Shown here piece after piece: positions 7,832 to 10,578 of a stretch of 10,578 nucleotides of DNA; within the stretch, counting starts at the first letter, position 1, and each line of letters opens with the position of its first letter. Origin of the DNA: Archangiaceae bacterium (GTDB lineage Bacteria > Myxococcota > Myxococcia > Myxococcales > Myxococcaceae); assembly GCA_043750125.1 (NCBI GenBank), contig JAYVCD010000153.1, positions 1 through 10,578 on the forward strand, given 5' to 3'. A model generated the notes under the pieces. The model did no database searches, was not told where the DNA came from, and saw nothing but the letters and a program-made list of their open reading frames with translations. A program made the position numbers and the translations under genes.

Positions 7832-7910
7832 GTCCTGAATGACCGACACTTCAATGGACGAGGTCTGCCGTCGATTCGACGAGCCCCCTGTCGGAATTTA
7901 GAGGCTGCTC

Positions 7911-8852
7911 ATGTCGAAAGAACGAATTGTTGTCACCGGCGCAGCTGGCTTCATTGGCTCAAACCTCTGCCGCGCGTTGCTCCGCGAAGGCTATCAAGTC
8001 GTCGGCGTCGACAATCTGACCGCTGGGCTGAAGGAGAATCTGCCGCCGGAAGTCGAGTTTCACGCGATCGACATCCGGGAACCAGGGCTCGAGCGGGTAT
8101 TGAAAGGCGCGACAGCGATCTTTCATCTGGCGGCTAAGAACACCTTGCTCGACTGCATCAAAGACCCGCTCGCCACCGTCGACAACAATGTCAAAGGCAC
8201 GGTGATGCTGCTCGAAGCGATGCGGCGCGCGAGTATCGACCGATTGCTCTACGCGGACACCTCCGCCGAGTACGAAGGGATCAGCGTCTTCCCCACCCCC
8301 GAGGCAAACGTTTCCCCGTTGGGGGTGTATGCCGCGAGCAAGCGCGCAGCATGGCTGTTCTGCAACAGCTACGTGAGTCTGCACGGCCTCAAGCTGACCA
8401 CCTTGCGCTACTTCAACGTCTACGGCCCCGCGCAGGACTGGAGGCGCAGCCTTCCTCCCGTGATGAGCGCGTTCGCGATCCGGCTGATGAGAGGTGAACA
8501 ACCCATCATCTACGGCACCGGCGAGAAGGCGCGCGACTTCATCCACGTGGATGACGTCAATCGGTTTCACCTGTTGGCATTGCGCGATCCCCGGTCGATC
8601 GACCGAATCTTCAATCTGGGATCGGGTGTGGCGACCTCTGTGAACGAAGTCTACGCGCTGGTCGAGGGGATCCTCCGCACCGGATTGAAACCCGTCTACC
8701 GACCGGACAACCCTGGCGAAGCGTTCAAGACCCAGGCGGACATCGGAGCCGCCCGCAGTATGGGCTGGGCCCCTGAGCTGGCTCTCAACAGCGGGGTGCG
8801 ACAGTTCCTCGATTACATCCGGCCCAAAGTCGAGTCGCAGGCGGTGAGATGA
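7911..8852 (+). CDS. NAD-dependent NDP-sugar epimerase/dehydratase (extended SDR), 313 aa
   Basis: Motifs: VTGAAGFIGS, VDNL, FHLAA, catalytic YAASK, LRYFNVYGP, RDFIHVDD, FNLGSG. A GAGG Shine-Dalgarno-like site sits at 7901-7904. Confidence 0.93.
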   Translation: MSKERIVVTGAAGFIGSNLCRALLREGYQVVGVDNLTAGLKENLPPEVEFHAIDIREPGLERVLKGATAIFHLAAKNTLLDCIKDPLATVDNNVKGTVMLLEAMRRASIDRLLYADTSAEYEGISVFPTPEANVSPLGVYAASKRAAWLFCNSYVSLHGLKLTTLRYFNVYGPAQDWRRSLPPVMSAFAIRLMRGEQPIIYGTGEKARDFIHVDDVNRFHLLALRDPRSIDRIFNLGSGVATSVNEVYALVEGILRTGLKPVYRPDNPGEAFKTQADIGAARSMGWAPELALNSGVRQFLDYIRPKVESQAVR

Positions 8853-9574
8853 AGGCACCGCTCAACGCCGTCGTGCTGGCCGCGGGCCTGGGCACCCGGC
8901 TTCGGCCCTTGACGCTTTCGGTGCCCAAGCCGATGGTTCCCGCGGGAGGCAAGCCCCTCGTCCAGCATGCGATCGAGCGCCTTGCAGAATTTGGGGTCGG
9001 CAGGGTCTTTCTCAACCTTCACGCCTTCCCCGAGCAGATCACCTCGCACTTCGGTGACGGCAGAAACTTCGGAATCAAGATCGAGTATCTGAACGAACCT
9101 TCCCTGCTCGGCTCCGCGGGAACCGTTCGCGAGCTCGGCGCCGCGCTAAGGGGCGGCGGCGATTTCCTGGTCTGGTACGGAGACAATTATTGTGAGATTG
9201 AGCTCTCGCCCTTCTGGGCGTTCCACCAGGAGCACAACCGGCTGATGACCCTCGCTGTCCATTTTCGTGATGACGTTCAGAGTTCCGGAGTGGTCGAGCA
9301 GGACGCGGCGGGGCTGATCAAGCGCTTCGTCGAGAAGCCTTCCGACGCCACCCACGGGGGTTGGGTGAACGGCGGAATTTACGGGTGTTCAGAACGCGTG
9401 CTGGACCTGTTGCCACATCAGCCTGCCCTCGACTTTGGACGCGATGTCATTCCGCGCCTGCTCGCGGCTGGTGAGCCGCTGGTCGCTTACCGCCTTCGCG
9501 AGTTTCTGCTCGGCATCGACACCCCTGAGTCCTATCACCGCCTTCAAACCCGGCTCGAAGGGCAGCGCGCGTGA
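8849..9574 (+). CDS. Sugar-1-phosphate nucleotidyltransferase (HddC / mannose-1-phosphate guanylyltransferase-like, single domain), 241 aa
   Basis: ATGA overlap with the upstream gene. Motifs: VVLAAGLGTRLRPLT..PKPM, EPSLLGSAG, YGDN, FVEKP, VNGGIY, DFGRDVIP, IDTPESY. There is no left-handed beta-helix tail. Confidence 0.92.
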   Translation: MKAPLNAVVLAAGLGTRLRPLTLSVPKPMVPAGGKPLVQHAIERLAEFGVGRVFLNLHAFPEQITSHFGDGRNFGIKIEYLNEPSLLGSAGTVRELGAALRGGGDFLVWYGDNYCEIELSPFWAFHQEHNRLMTLAVHFRDDVQSSGVVEQDAAGLIKRFVEKPSDATHGGWVNGGIYGCSERVLDLLPHQPALDFGRDVIPRLLAAGEPLVAYRLREFLLGIDTPESYHRLQTRLEGQRA

Positions 9575-10578
9575 GCCCCTCCACTTCGCTTCAGGGTCTC
9601 GTCTTCTGTCCTACGCCGCTGGGCATCTTCGAGCAGAGCCTCGCCTTACAGGAGCGCGGGCACCTCAAGACGATGGCGGTGGGCACCTATTGCGATCTGG
9701 CTCGGCCCCCTTTGAAGTGGCTGCCTGGCGGCCGGCTGCGAAGCTATCTGCGCAAGCGCTTTCACCCCATGCTCGATGGTCGCCTTGTTCGTTCGGTGCC
9801 ATGGATGGAGCTGCGCACCCGCGTCTCCCGCGCGGGCTCGGGCCAAAAGGGGCAGGAAGATGTGTGGGCCAACAACGCGCGGTTCGACCGATGGATCGCG
9901 CGACATCTGCCCGCGTTTGGAAATGTTGTCGTTGGCTATGAAGGGTCGAGCCTTCAGACCTTTCGCAAGGCGAAATCACTCGGGATTCCCTGCATCCTCT
10001 ACCAGCCGATCGCGACCGCCGAAGTCGCCCTCGAGCTGCTCGAGGAAGAGCGCCGGCGCTTCCCTCAGCTGGCATCCACCCTTCGCTACAATTGGTTTCC
10101 GGGCGACGAGATCCCGATTCGACGCGAAGAGAGGCAACTCGCCGACCTGATCGTGTGTGCGAGCTCGTTTACCCGAGACTCTCTGGTGAAGGTGGGGGTG
10201 TCGGCTGATCGAGTTGCGGTCGAGCCCTATGGCGTCGATCAATCTGTGTTTTCTCCCTCGTCAGAAAAGTTCGAGCCCTTCTCTATCATCTGGGCCAGTG
10301 CGCTGACTCAGACGAAGGGAATCGGTTACCTCGTCGAGGCTTTGAAGCGTACCCCCGTGGCCGGCGCCGAGCTGGTGCTCGCCGGCAACGCGATCGGAAA
10401 CGATCCTGTTCAGCCACTCGAATCGCGAATGAAGGTCCGGCGGCTGGGTCACATCACCCGTCCTCAGCTCGCCGAGCAGATGCGCCGGTGTCACGTTCAT
10501 GTCTTTCCGACACTGGTGGAAGGCTTCGGCAGGAACGTGATTGAGGCAATGGCGTCGGGTCTTCCGGTAGTCACGACC
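9571..10578 (+). CDS. Glycosyltransferase family 4; 3'-truncated by the window edge
   Basis: GTGA overlap at 9571-9574. Manual translation is open for 336 codons: MSPSTSLQGLVFCP..NARFDRWIAR..EERQLADLIVCASSFTRDSL..EPYGVDQSVFSP..TQTKGIGYLVEAL..HVFPTLVEGFGRNVIEAMASGLPVVTT (E-X7-E). Confidence 0.93.
   Translation, partial: MSPSTSLQGLVFCPTPLGIFEQSLALQERGHLKTMAVGTYCDLARPPLKWLPGGRLRSYLRKRFHPMLDGRLVRSVPWMELRTRVSRAGSGQKGQEDVWANNARFDRWIARHLPAFGNVVVGYEGSSLQTFRKAKSLGIPCILYQPIATAEVALELLEEERRRFPQLASTLRYNWFPGDEIPIRREERQLADLIVCASSFTRDSLVKVGVSADRVAVEPYGVDQSVFSPSSEKFEPFSIIWASALTQTKGIGYLVEALKRTPVAGAELVLAGNAIGNDPVQPLESRMKVRRLGHITRPQLAEQMRRCHVHVFPTLVEGFGRNVIEAMASGLPVVTT

Noticed and set aside
7959..8858. 299-aa minus-strand ORF antisense to the epimerase (also 7208..7849, 3081..3710, 5515..6036)
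   Set aside because: Antisense shadows of motif-bearing genes with no independent evidence.
9435..10500. Short track ORFs (9435..9941, 9776..10150, 10261..10500 and others) suggesting a fragmented or non-coding region
   Set aside because: One uninterrupted GT4 frame runs from GTG 9571 to the window edge and explains the region.
1..10578. CRISPR arrays, tRNA/rRNA genes, IS elements, intrinsic terminators, JUMPStart/ops
   Set aside because: The window is almost entirely coding. The three gaps (98, 40 and 79 bp) show no such signature and no transposase or integrase ORF is present.

Overview
A GC-rich bacterial surface-polysaccharide (O-antigen, capsule or EPS) biosynthesis locus arranged as two divergent arms around a ~98-bp gap (3085-3182). 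The minus arm has a ~710-aa bi-domain oxidoreductase (MDR-like plus Gfo/Idh/MocA) followed 2 nt later by an AsnB-type glutamine amidotransferase that runs off the left edge. The plus arm has two GT4 glycosyltransferases, a lower-GC Wzy-like polytopic membrane protein, an HddA-like GHMP sugar kinase, an extended-SDR NDP-sugar epimerase/dehydratase, an HddC-like nucleotidyltransferase and a third GT4 that runs off the right edge. The asnB-like gene and the last GT4 are missing from the ORF track because they are truncated; I translated them by hand. I saw no RNA genes, mobile elements or CRISPR arrays. All gene families are known, so any novelty lies in uncharacterised sugar chemistry and in small structures in the intergenic gaps.
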